Shown: positions 37,050-48,728 of the stretch, piece by piece | Layout: each line of letters opens with the position of its first letter | How positions within the stretch are numbered: position 1 is the stretch's first letter | Assembly (NCBI GenBank): GCA_002269645.1 | Contig: NIVC01000863.1 | Location: 77,630 to 141,629, forward strand | Source of the DNA: Macrostomum lignano | Taxonomy: Eukaryota | Direction: 5' to 3' | DNA: 64,000 bases | The notes under the pieces: model-generated | What the model saw: the letters and a program-made list of their open reading frames with translations, nothing else | Database searches by the model: none | Told to the model about the DNA's origin: nothing | Translations under genes and position numbers: made by a program

Positions 37050-37472
37050 CATTATGGCTTCTACGTGTTAGATATTGGCTTCTACCTGTTAGATATTGGA
37101 TTCTACCTGTTAGATACTAACTTCTGCCTGTTAGATATTGGCTTCTACCTGTTGGGTTTTGGCTTCTATTTGTTATACATTGGCTTCTACCTGTTAGATA
37201 CTAGCTTCTGCCAGTTAGATATTGGATTCTACCAGTTGGATACTAGCTTCTACGTGTTAGATACTAGCTTCTACCTGTTAGATATTGGATTCCACCTGTT
37301 AGATATGGGTTCTACCTGTTAGATATTAGCTTCTACCTGTTAGATATTGGATTCTACCTGTTAGATATGGGATTCTACCTGTTAGATATTAGCTTCTACC
37401 TGTTAGATTCTAGCTTCTACCTGTTAGATATTGGCTTCTACCTGTTAGATATCAGCTTCTACCTGTTAGATA
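37050..37472. repeat. 21-bp minisatellite (TTCTACCTGTTAGATATTGGC)n immediately 3' of the NCAM-like stop codon
   Basis: About 20 copies; same family as 40110-40710 but inverted. Confidence 0.9.
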
Positions 37473-37484
37473 TTGGCATTAGTT

Positions 37485-40400
37485 TCAACGCCAAACAAAG
37501 CCAGCTTGCACAGACCACACGGCGGCAGCAGCGAACAGCCACTCCTTGCCGAAGGTGCCTCGACGCCCCAGGCCGCCGCTGCCGCGGCTGCTCCTCCAGC
37601 CGACTACATCTACATCGTGGGGCTTCATCGGCGTCCTGAACACCAGGACCTCGCTGCGCTCAGACAGACCCAAACTGTTGCCAACTCGAACCTGGATTTC
37701 GTAGTGCGCGCCCGGCAACAGGCGCTCGATTCGATAGGCGGTCTGTCCGGGCGGCAGCCGGGGGTTCAGCGAGTGCCAGCCGGTCAGCACTCGACGGACA
37801 ACCGGCCGATTGTCCGGCCCGGCCTCGGCCAGCACCTGTCGGATGCGGATGCGATAGCGGTCCACGGGCAGGCCGCCATTGTTCAGCACCCGCCAGCGCA
37901 GCAGGAACGCTCGAGGGTCCTCGCTGAAGAAGTCTTCAACTAGGCGGAAGCTGGTTGGCGGCGTGAGTTCCCCGGTGGTGTAGTTGATGCTGGCGCGACC
38001 GCCCACTCCAGCGAGGTTTCTGGCGGCGATGTACACCTTGTAGTTGGTGTTGGGCTGCAGGTAGCGGATCTGCAACCGAGTCAGGCGGAAAAGCTTGGTT
38101 AGAAGAGCTGGTTTGCAATTTCCTTAGCTGGTGTTTTAAGACCTGTGATTTATGGACTAATAATGTTCCCTGGTGCCAAAGCCCCTGGTGCTAAAACCAC
38201 TGGTGATAAAGCCACTGGTGCTGGCGCCCCTGGTGCTGGCGCCCCTGCTGCTGGCGCCCCTGCTGCTGGCGCCCCTGCTGCTGGCGCCCCTGCTGCTGGC
38301 GCCCCTGCTGCTGGCGCCACTGGTACTGGCGCCCCTGGTGCTGGCGCCCCTCCCCCAGCTCACGGTGATTCGGCCGTCATCCAGGTTGAATGCTGCCGGC
38401 CCGATCTCGGGTCCATCGTTGACCCTGTAGTTCAGCTCGTAGCCGACCAGGCGGACTCCGCCGGTGTCCTCGGGCGGCACAATGGCGAAGGCCAGGCTGG
38501 TTGGCGTGCTCTCCTCCTTGTTGATGATCACATCCGGTGTGCCCGGCCGTCTGGCCTCCAGCAGCAGCACCGCGGGAGACTCAACCGAGCCGAACTGATT
38601 GGTTGCTAGGCAAACGTACCGGCCGAACACGGGCGCGCCGGGAGCGAGTGGCGACACTCGAAGCGTCGATGTGGACGCGTCGCTCGGTTTGGCGACGTCC
38701 TCGGAGGTCGCCGAGACGCCCGGAGTGTCCAGCAGAGGCAGCGGAACTCCGTTGAGCTGCCAGGTGATGTCTGGCGGCGGATTGCCGCGAGCTGAGCAGC
38801 GCAGCAGCGTCTCGTGATGCTGCCAGGTGTACCGTTGTGCCGGCTGGGACGGCTCCAGCACCTGCGGCGGGTACAGCACCTCCAGCAGGCCTGTGTAGGT
38901 TGCCGTACCTGACAGGGTGCTGGCGATGCAGGTGTACCTGCCGCCGTCCGACGGTTGGAGGTCTACTCAAAATTTATGGGGGGTGGGTTTTAAGGGGAGC
39001 ATTGTGAGTTGTTTTTTGAATTTTATTAGCTCGTAATATAAGTTCTTTGAGACAATTGAAATATGAAGGGTATAAGTTTCTGAGGGATTTGAGTTTATTG
39101 AGACTTGAGTTTATAGGGATTTAAGTTTACTGAGATTTGAGTTTATTGAGATTTGAGTTTATTGAGATTTGAGTTTATTGAGATTTGAGTTTATTGAGAT
39201 TTGAGTTTATTGAGATTTGAGTTTATTGAGATTTGAGTTTATTGAGATTTAAGTTTATTGGGATCTGAGTTTATTGAGATTTGAGTTTATTGGGATCTGA
39301 GTTTATTGAGATTTGAGTTTATTGAGATTTGAGTTTATTGAGATTTGAGTTTATTGAGATTTGAGTTTATTGAGATTTGAGTTTATTGAGATTTGAGTTT
39401 ATTGGGATCTGAGTTTATTGAGATTTTAGTTTATTGGGGTCTGAGTTTATTGAGATTTAAGTTTATTGGGATCTGAGTTTATTGAGATTTGAGTTTATTG
39501 GGACTTGAGCTTATTAGAATTGAGTTTATTGAAATATGAGTTTATTGAGATTTGAGTTTATTGGGATTTGAGTTTATAGGGATATTTTTTTAATTGGTAT
39601 TTGGAGCATTGAAGCAAGGTATTATGGATCGAAAAAATAAGTCTCAATGCGAGGCCGCAAGGAGTAATGGGGGAATCACAGGCTTCATTTGCCTTGAACA
39701 AGTAATAAGCAATGAAAGGCATTTTCGCCACTGGATATAATAATTAATCATATGTAAATTATAGCATGCACTTCTCCATCTAGATCTTCCCCGCCTTTAG
39801 TCTCTAAGGGTTTTGCGCGCGCATTCTATTCTCTCAGTCAAGTGATAAATGGCATTGGCTTGTTCTCGATTTCTCATCTCTCAATCCCGGGATTTGAGCT
39901 GGCGGGATTAGACTTGAGGCCTGGAAGGTCGAATTACCAATTCATCTGGGTGGGGATTAAACAAATCATTGGGCTGTCATCTCCCTAAACAAATAGTACT
40001 TATGTCGTACACTTGGTGCATTCAATCAGGGTGACGCTATTTTTGACAACAAAAACAGAATATAGGATCTATAATTTGGGATCTGGGGTTTATTTATTAA
40101 GTATTAATATATCCAACAGGTAGAATTCCATATTTAACAGGTCGAATTCCATATCTAACAGGTCGAATTCCATATCTAACAGGTCGAATTCCATATCTAA
40201 CAGGTCGAATTCCATATCTAACAGGTCGAATTCCACATCTAACTGGTCTAATTCCATATCTAACAGGTCGAATTCCACATCTAACAGGTCTAATTCCATA
40301 TCTAACAGGTCTAATTCCATATCTAACAGGTCTAATTCCATATCTAGCAGGTCGAATTCCATATCTAACAGGTGGAATTCCATATCTAAAAGGTCGAATT

Positions 40401-43400
40401 CCATATCTAAAAGGTCGAATTCCATATCTAACAGGTCTAATTCCACATCTAACAGGTCGAATTCCATATCTAACAGGTCGAATTCCATATCTAACAGGTC
40501 GAATTCCATATCTAACAGGTCGAATTCCATATCTAACAGGTCTAATTCCATATCTAGCAGGTCGAATTCCATATCTAGCAGGTCGAATTCCATATCTAAC
40601 AGGTCGAATTCCACATCTAACATGTAAAATCCCATATCTATTAGGTAGAATCCCATATCTAACAGGTAGAATCCCATATCTAACAGGTAGAACCCCACAT
40701 TGAACATGTCAAATCTCATATCGATTAAGGTACGAATCCTCCTACTTTCAACACCAGTTCCCTCACCTTTAATCTCCATCTTCAGCTTGGCATAGCTGGA
40801 GTTCTTCTCCTCCTTTAGCAGTACCCGGCTAGACATTGCCGTCAGGGCGTCTGCTTCAACGCCTCCATCGCTCTCGCGCTGGAATTTCAACCCGATGTCG
40901 GCCGCGTCGGCACCTTGGGCACGACAGCTCAGAGCGGCGCTGCCGCCCACCGCAGCCGAGGCGTGCATGAGGGACTTCTCCGTGATCCGAGGTTTGTAAA
41001 TCACCTGAGGTGTCAGCCTTTGGCGAATGGTTGGCAGGAGGATTTATGCTAATCCTGGATTTGGAAAATAAACTTTGCTTATATCTGGGATCTAGGATCT
41101 GGGATCTAGGATCTGGGATCTAGGATCTGGGATCTAGGATCTGGGATCTAGGATCTGGGATCTAGGATCTGGGATCTAGGATCTGGGATCTAGGATCTGG
41201 GATCTAGGATCTGGGATCTAGGATCTGGGATCTAGGATCTGGGATCTAGGATCTGGGATCTAGGATCTGGGATCTAGGATCTGGGATCTAGGATCTGGGA
41301 TCTAGGATCTGGGATCTAGGATCTGGGATCTAGGATCTGGGATCTAGGATCTGGGATCTAGGATCTGGGATCTAGGATCTGGGATCTAGGATCTGGGATC
41401 TAGGATCTGGGATCTAGGATCTGGGATCTAGGATCTGGGATCTAGGATCTGGGATCTAGGATCTGGGATCTAGGATCTGGGATCTAGGATCTGGGATCTA
41501 GGATCTGGGATCTAGGATCTGGGATCTAGGATCTGGGATCTAGGATCTGGGATCTAGGATCTGGGATCTAGGATCTGGGATCTAGGATCTGGGATCTAGG
41601 ATCTGGGATCTAGGATCTGGGATCTAGGATCTGGGATCTAGGATCTGGGATCTAGGATCTGGGATCTAGGATCTGGGATCTAGGATCTGGGATCTAGGAT
41701 CTGGGATCTAGGATCTGGGATCTAGGATCTGGGATCTAGGATCTGGGATCTAGGATCTGGGATCTAGGATCTGGGATCTAGGATCTGGGATCTAGGATCT
41801 GGGATCTAGGATCTGGGATCTAGGATCTGGGATCTAGGATCTGGGATCTGTACTAATATGCATCACAGACTAGCAGGGATTACATCGATCAATACTAGCT
41901 ATCATTGCTACATGTGACCCTTGCCTGAGTAACTGCCCAATCCCCCTTTGCAGAAATCCCTACATTTATTTACTTTCCTCTTCAATCTGCCCTGCCCAGA
42001 TACACAAAATAGACCCAAAGTGCGTCCTCTTTAGGGGAAATTTTCCATGCAATTAAGTGGGCTCTTGAAGCAAAAATTAAGGATATTATCCCTACTCTAA
42101 ATGCGAATGCAAACCTGATACCCCCTGTCTACACCCACCGCTTGCTGAATCAGCTGCTCTGGGTGAATAATTTTCTGAGAGGCACAAAATCGAAGTTGCC
42201 AGATCGATCAGCTGTTTAGTTGGAGAGTTTTTGGCAGTACTTGATGCAGCGGCATTAGAAGATTTTCCAGATTTCATGTTGCCAACCCGTCTGCTTTGAT
42301 GCCTGCTGCTTGCATATTCGTCCTATAGCTAGCATGATTTTGCTTGTGTTGAAAGAATTGGCCTGTTTTTTATTGTCTACCATCCTTTGTCTCTGTCTCT
42401 CGTTTCTCTCTCCTTTCCTCTCTCTTCCTCTCTCCCTTCATCTCTCTCCCTTTATCTCTCCCTTCATCTCTCTTCCTCTCTCTCCCTTCCTCTCTCCCTT
42501 CCTTTCTCCCTTCCTCTCTCCCTCTCTCTCTTCCTCTCTCTTCCTCTCTCTTCCTCTCTCTCCCTTCCTCTCTCCTTTCATTTCTCCCTTCCTCTCTCCC
42601 TTCCTCTCTCTTCCTCTCTCTCCCTTCCCCTCTCCCTTCGTCTCTCTTCCTCTCTCTCCCTTCATTTCTCTTCCTCTCTCTCCCTTCCTCTCTCCCTTCC
42701 TTTCTCCCTTCCTCTCTCCCTCTCTCTTCCTCTCTCTCCCTTCCTCTCTCCTTTCATTTCTCCCTTCCTCTCTCCCTTCCTCTCTCTTCCTCTCTCTCCC
42801 TTCCCCTCTCCCTTCATCTCTCTTCCTCTCTCTCCCTTCCTCTCTCCCTTCATCTCTCCCTTCATTTCTCTTCCTCTCTCTCCCTTCCTCTCTCCCTCCA
42901 TCTCTCTTCCCCTCTCTCCCTTTATCTCTCCCTTCATCTCTCTTCCTCTCTCTCCCTTCCTCTCTCCCTTCCTTTCTCCCTTCCTCTCTCCCTCTCTCCC
43001 TTCCTCTCTCTTCCTCTCTCTCCCTTCGAGATCCTTTCATTTCTCCCTTCCTCTCTCTTCCTCTCTCTCCCTTCCTAGGAATAAATAGGAATTTAAGTCT
43101 CTAAGCTACAAGATAAAGTCGGATATTCTACTGGCTTATGAAGGAAAGGAAAGAAGGGTTTGGCTTTCTACGAGTCCAAAAAGTACCATTATCCATCGGC
43201 CAAAATTGAACGCCCACATACTCTAATTATTAATAATTAACGAGCCAAGTGAGTAGCAGGTTCAAGACTCCCAGAGGTGCTAATTGTTTTGTTAATCCTA
43301 CAGTAATCTGCCCAACAACACTACTGAAACAGGCTGCTGCATTGCTAAAGCATGCCCCATCGATTGAGGCCATGGAGAACACTTTAATAGAACCTGGATC

Positions 43401-45956
43401 GGGGAACTCCAATCTCTGTTGCTTGGATTCCAATACTCTAGAACTAGTAGTCCATGGCCCGCAGATGGCAGCCCCCTCCCAACTCTCTCCACAATGAGTT
43501 CATTCCCGTCAGTTCCTCTTCTGAGTTTCAGATTCCCATCCAACACCGGAGATTACGTAATTTGCTCTCCCTCTCAAGTCAAGTATTGGAAGTGAGAATT
43601 AGTTTACTGCAGCGGACCCGTAGCAAAGTAATGGCAAGGAGATTCATGCATAATTCAATACGACCTTGGTCCCCCACAGATTTTTTACACTAATTTACAT
43701 TGCATAGTAGCTATTATGTTGTACAATGCTGAGTAATAAACTCCTTTCTGAATAAATTATCTATGACGAGTTAGAAACCAGAAAGATATTTGGTAAAACA
43801 AATACATTAAAAATACAGTACGGAGTGAATTAATAATAATACAGTAATAATAATTTATTACACCTGCCCTAATGTTCAGATATGCAACCGACAGCTCAGC
43901 CGCAGCTATTGCGCGGCGCATCTGAAGGCTGCGTACGGCTGTTCAGTCCAAGGACTGGGGGGGTCGCCACACACCCTCAATTACCCCAGCTAATGCTGGC
44001 ACCCATTTTACAGCTGGGTGAGCTGAAGCAATGCAGAGTTAAGTGTCTTGATCAAGGACACAAATTGTTCCAGTGGAATTGGGAATCGAACCCTCGACCT
44101 TTAAGTCACGAGTCCAACGCTCTAACCACTAGGCTACAACCACCCCCCCCACTAGGCTACAGTTTATGACTGTGGTGTCATGGCGACCTACTGACTCTGA
44201 TTTAAGGGGCCAGATACTGCCTGCATGAAATTCATATTCCAGTATGCAGCCAATGATTTAAAAAACTTTTGAGCTTTGAGAATTTTGATATCAGAGTCCT
44301 ACTTAAAAATAGTTTAATAATCCAGTTTATATGAGTAGTCAGAATACACTGCTGCTCATTGATGATGAAGCTGGAAGCATATTGAAGATAAAATGCTACG
44401 ATAGTGGTTCATTTTCAAGTATTGCATACAAAATAGTCAAGGGCACTATAGGGGATTACGATATTCTATAGTTCAGGGTCATTGTGACCCACAGGTCATC
44501 TAGGGTCAAGACAATTAAAGTCTTAATGAGTTTATGAACATTGTGAGCTCAAAGGTCACTATAAGGTCAAGCCTCAAGGTCATGGTCAGGCTAATAGTCA
44601 TTCTCCGGCTAAGGTCATTGTCAGACTAAGGTCATTGTCAGGCTAATAGTCATTCTCCGGCTTAAAAGGTCATAGTCAGGCAAAGGTCATCGTCAGGCTA
44701 ATAGTAATTGTCAGGCAAAGGTCATCATCAGGCTAATAGTCACTGTCAGGCTAATAGTAATTGTTTGACTAAGGTCATTGTCAGTTCAAGGTCACGAACG
44801 GGACTCACTCCTTCGTGTCGGTCACCAGCACGCCGGCCTCCTGAATGGTCAGCGTGGCTCGGCACGCGAAGGTCGGCACGGGCCGCAGGAATGCGGAATC
44901 CTCCGATTCGTCCGGGCCGCCCGCCCCGTTGCCCATGAAGTTGAACACCTTCAGCACCGATTTTGTCGGCGACCGCTGGTCGGATTTCTCATCACGACGG
45001 CTGGCGAAGGCGATCTCGGACAAGCTGGCCGGATCTGAGAAGTCAATGGGCCGGCCCTGGATTAACCAGTCAATTTGCGCCGGCGGACGCGAGTCCACCA
45101 GACAGGCGAACTCGTTAGTGAGGCCCTGGACCGCCTTGCCGCCGCCCGCGCTCGCCACCCAGGGGCCGCGTAGGATGCGCGGCTTCCGATAGACCCGAAG
45201 TTGAACAACTCGAACGTCGATCTGGGCGTCCAAATCTGCGCCGATGGCGGGCAGGCGACCCTGGCAGGCGTAGGCACCCTCGTCCGACTCCAGGGCTCGC
45301 GTCACCAACAGGGTCGATCCGTTGGACCTCACCCGCTCCCTTCCGCCTCCAGCTTTCACATCCGGTATCTTGCGACGCTCCCGGTACCACGAGATTTGAA
45401 TGCTGGCTTCGTTTGCGGCTGGCAGCGGCTCGGCCGAGGTGCACACGGCTTTGCCGTCGGAGCCCTGACGGAGCCACTGCACCGGCGGCGCCGTCAGTCG
45501 CAGTCGGCGGGCCACGTCGACCCGAAGGCTTGCCGCGGCGCCCGTCTCTTCGTCTTTGCACACGAAGATGCCGGCGTGTCGTTCGGGCGACGCTCGCGGC
45601 GCAACCAGCAGCGCTGTTGCTAAGCGACCATTGTCGGCGGAGTCGGACAGGACGAAGTCGGCATCGTCCGAGCTGGAGGAGCCGCTGAAGTGGTCAACCG
45701 GGCTGCCGTCCGGTGCGAGCCAGAGCAGGCCGCCGACAGAGGAGTCGCGGCTTCTACGAAGGCAGCAGCTGAGCAGGAGGCGGTCGCCAGCGAACACCCG
45801 CTTGGGCTGGTCGCCGCCGCTGATGCCGGGCTCGTTGAGTGCCGGACAATAAGCCGGCGGGCTGGCGGTTGCCAGACAGGCAGCGGACAGAACGGCAACG
45901 ATGGCTAGTAGGGCACCTTCAACAAGTGTTTTCCAAGTCATGATTCGAATGGCCAT
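37485..45956 (-). CDS. NCAM/Fasciclin II-like cell adhesion molecule (signal peptide, 5 Ig, 2 FN3, probable GPI signal), 860 aa; complement(join(37485..38069,38364..38962,40767..41017,44809..45956))
   Basis: Five Ig Cys pairs (LLSC..AGIFVC; AVC..DEGAYAC; FAC..TFAC; LSC..DGGRYTC; LRCSARGNPPPDITW..GRYVC), then two FN3 motifs (YLQPNTNYKVYIAARN; LLPGAHYEIQVRVGN). Junction phases 2,1,0 are consistent; 2583 nt = 861 codons including stop. The exon-2 acceptor (AAG at 41018-41020) was chosen for phase; ATG 45941 is an alternative start. Confidence 0.88.
38165..38350. repeat. 15-bp repeat (CCCCTGCTGCTGGCG)n in NCAM-like intron 3
   Basis: Read directly. Confidence 0.88.
39085..39575. repeat. 16-bp repeat (GAGTTTATTGAGATTT)n in NCAM-like intron 2
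   Basis: Read directly. Confidence 0.9.
40110..40710. repeat. 21-bp minisatellite (CCATATCTAACAGGTCGAATT)n in NCAM-like intron 2
   Basis: About 28 copies; begins about 55 nt after the exon-2 donor on the sense strand. Confidence 0.92.
41085..41848. repeat. Essentially perfect 14-bp repeat (GGATCTAGGATCTG)n in NCAM-like intron 1
   Basis: About 54 copies; no variant seen by eye. Confidence 0.96.
42395..43075. repeat. CT-rich degenerate repeat (CTTCCTCTCTCC)n in NCAM-like intron 1
   Basis: Read directly. Confidence 0.9.
43830..44141 (-). mobile_element. tRNA-derived SINE with a CORE-like central domain, apparently full length
   Basis: The minus strand begins GGTTGTAGCCTAGTGGTTAGAGCG (A box) ... 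GGTTCGATTCC (B box). It continues GTGTCCTTGATCAAGACACTTAACTCTGCATTGCTTCAGCTCACCCAGCTGTAAAATGGG, closely resembling the MIR CORE as I recall it, and ends in a (TTA)-like tail. Second copy at 48346. Confidence 0.85.
44560..44790. repeat. Degenerate ~20-bp repeat (AGGTCATTGTCAGGCTAATAG-like) next to the NCAM-like exon-1 donor
   Basis: Read directly. Confidence 0.75.
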
Positions 45957-48345
45957 TGTTGACCATTAGAGTCGCGTGTGCGACGGTTTTGATGGCAGAA
46001 AGATAAATTTTTAATATTTACCAATCATGTATCATCAAGGCAAAAGATTTAGTTTGTACATGTAGCTAGGAGCAGTAATATAAGAAGCAGCCTTTTATAA
46101 AGACGTAAATAACTATTAAAACGAATTTTCACAGGTTTGCTATTCTTTCAGTTATACAAATAGCATATAAAACTTGCCAATCAAAATTAGAAAAAAAAGA
46201 ATTTAGTGGACTAAATAAATACATATTAATGGATAATAGAATGACACAAAAGTTATAACAGACTATTTTGAATCGTCGCATAGCTCTTTAAAACTGTTTT
46301 ATTTAGGTACTCGTAAATTAACAAAAAGCTTCTAAGGCACCTCAGCCATAGAAGTCAAAACTTTAGCAGTTTAAATTTGAGCAAAAAAATTAGTAATTAT
46401 TGCTTTCAACTAGAATATAAACAACAAAATAGGTCAAGGTAAACAAAAATATTACAGCTAAACAAAAAAATGCAAATATACATTGTTAATTATTTAACTC
46501 AGACTTAGAAACTACACTGAATTTCGCTTCAGAAATGCTAACTTAAGTAATTTTAAAACTTCTTAAAATTAATAAGGTTAGGTTTGTGCTGACTTTTGTT
46601 TAGATGTTTTACCTTTACCTTTTAGGAACGTTGATAAATTTTAAGCAAATCGCCTCGAGTAAAAAACGAGTTTAATAACTTTTCTAGTTTATGTCTGTAA
46701 TTTTTCAATTAAAAAATGGCTTTGAATAAAAAATAACTCGCAATTCACGATATCTTAACTCGACCAATAAAGTCTGAAGCTTAGGAAAATCGGTTTAAAA
46801 AATAGCAGAATCAACTACAAACACATGCCATGATAAAAATTGCTTTAATTTAATAGCGAAACACAGAAAAAAACTATTTATTAATCTACCGAGATTATAT
46901 ATAAAGATCTAGAGGTTGCTGTGTTAGTCTATAGAGAAGTTTTGTTTTAAATGATGAATTTTGCCATTATTGTTTTAATAGTCGTTATTAAAAAGTGACT
47001 ACGTCTATAAATATTTTTGGTAATAAATCGCTAGCTTACCTTCTCATTGTACTTAAGTCATATACACAAAAAACTTAAGAAATAAATGTATGCAAAAGCA
47101 GAGAATTATTTTTGAGTCTTCAAACAAGTACACTTATACACTGTATACTTTGTTGCTCTTTACACATACATATAAAAATATTCAAAAGTTATGTACTATA
47201 GGCATGCACCCTGGCGCAACGATGTCAGTAAAATGCCCCACGAACATCGCTGCGAAAATTCTACGAGTATACATATTTCGTTGACTGTACATGTACTATA
47301 AAGTACATAAAACGTGCATTCATACATGCCGACTAATTGTCAGATAATGTGTAGATCCTGTTGCCTTGAGGACTTTACCCTCTTAGACGTGAATAGTTAA
47401 TTAATTACCCAAATTAATTGATGTGCAGTTAAGTGGCCGCGCGCGAATACGAACCGAGAGGTCGTGGTGCGGGAGTCAGACCCGTTTAAATGTACCGCGT
47501 GTACGCAAACATGTACAAATGCATGTACTGCAAATTTATAGCGTAATTTTTAGAGCTGATCTCATGAGAATGAACCTGCGCTGTTCAATTAATCCAAGGT
47601 AATGACACCCACGCCTGGTAAAAATTGGCCCACAATTCACTAACGACCGAAGTGAATGTACCGAGCTACATATTTTACATGCATGTGAATTAAACATGCA
47701 TTCCTGACCATAAATCACCAACTGACTGAGTACGAGTCAATAAAGTCTGACTAGGAAACAAAGTTTTGGTCTGTCGTAAAAAATTTTTTCGAAGATTTGA
47801 AGGCGAAAATAATTATATTACTAATTATAAATTACTATTATTACTATAATAACACAATTACATGTACATGCAATAAGAAAGCTATATAGCAGCAAATATA
47901 TTTGGTTAAATTTAAACCGGAAAAAATGAAAAATAAAAAAACGGTTTCAAAAAAACAAGAAGCGCAGGGTTAGTAAGCCAAAAGGTACTGAAAAAAGTCA
48001 TAATCAGGTGTAAAATTACGAGGGGTGATTTATCTCTCAGAACAATCATTGAAGAGTTACTTAAACCTTGTTTCATAAAATTGATGTGGAAGAAGCTTTG
48101 AGGAGTTCTTGCCAGGCACAAATGCTACTAACATATGCGCAAAAAAAACAAATAACAACAACAACAACAACAACAACAAATTGCCTATTTTACATGTCAC
48201 CTGCAACCACCCTGAATCGACTCTGGGTCGCTCCTTGGCCTAGGTATACCGTTTTCATTGGGAAATCACAAAAAAATCAGAAGCTCAGATTGATTCCCAA
48301 TTCTGAAAATCCCCTTTTTAAATATCGATTTTGCCATTTTGAAGA

Positions 48346-48525
48346 GGTTGTAGCCTAGTGGTCAGAGCGTCGGCGTGAGGACTTGAAGGTCAGGGGTTCG
48401 ATTCCCGATCCCACTGGAACAATTATGTCCTTGAGCAGGACATCGCAATAAGCTGCGGCTGAGCTGTCGGTTGCACATGTGGCCCAATTGGGCAAGTGTA
48501 ATCAATTATTACATTATTAATTACA
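48346..48525 (+). mobile_element. Internally deleted copy of the same tRNA-derived SINE
   Basis: Same A/B-box head; after TGTCCTTGAGCAGGACAT it jumps to CGCAATAAGCTGCGGCTGAGCTGTCGGTTGCA, matching the 3' part of the 43830-44141 copy. Confidence 0.82.
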
Positions 48526-48728
48526 TCATACTACAAATTCTAAGAAATCGCCACAATTCAAGATCCCTAATCCTAAACTTCTAGAACATAATACGGAAAA
48601 TAATGTTCTAAAAGCATTACCATATTTTATATATTAGGCAAAGGCTCGTAATGTTAAAAAAAACTGAACTTATTCTAGTTCACAAAATAAAACAATATGA
48701 TTATATGAGTTTAGAGCTGTGCTGTTGG

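Noticed and set aside
40090-40766. In-frame continuation of NCAM-like exons into intronic arrays (EFDLLDM, GASSR repeats)
   Set aside because: A 15-21-nt unit has a high prior chance of lacking a stop in a given frame, and canonical splice sites restore the Ig/FN3 motifs
44708-45908. Many overlapping ORFs on both strands over NCAM-like exon 1 and other GC-rich exons
   Set aside because: Shadow ORFs caused by high GC codon usage
48346-48420. Possible tRNA gene (A and B boxes present), also 44065-44141
   Set aside because: The acceptor stem does not pair and the sequence continues into SINE body shared by both copies
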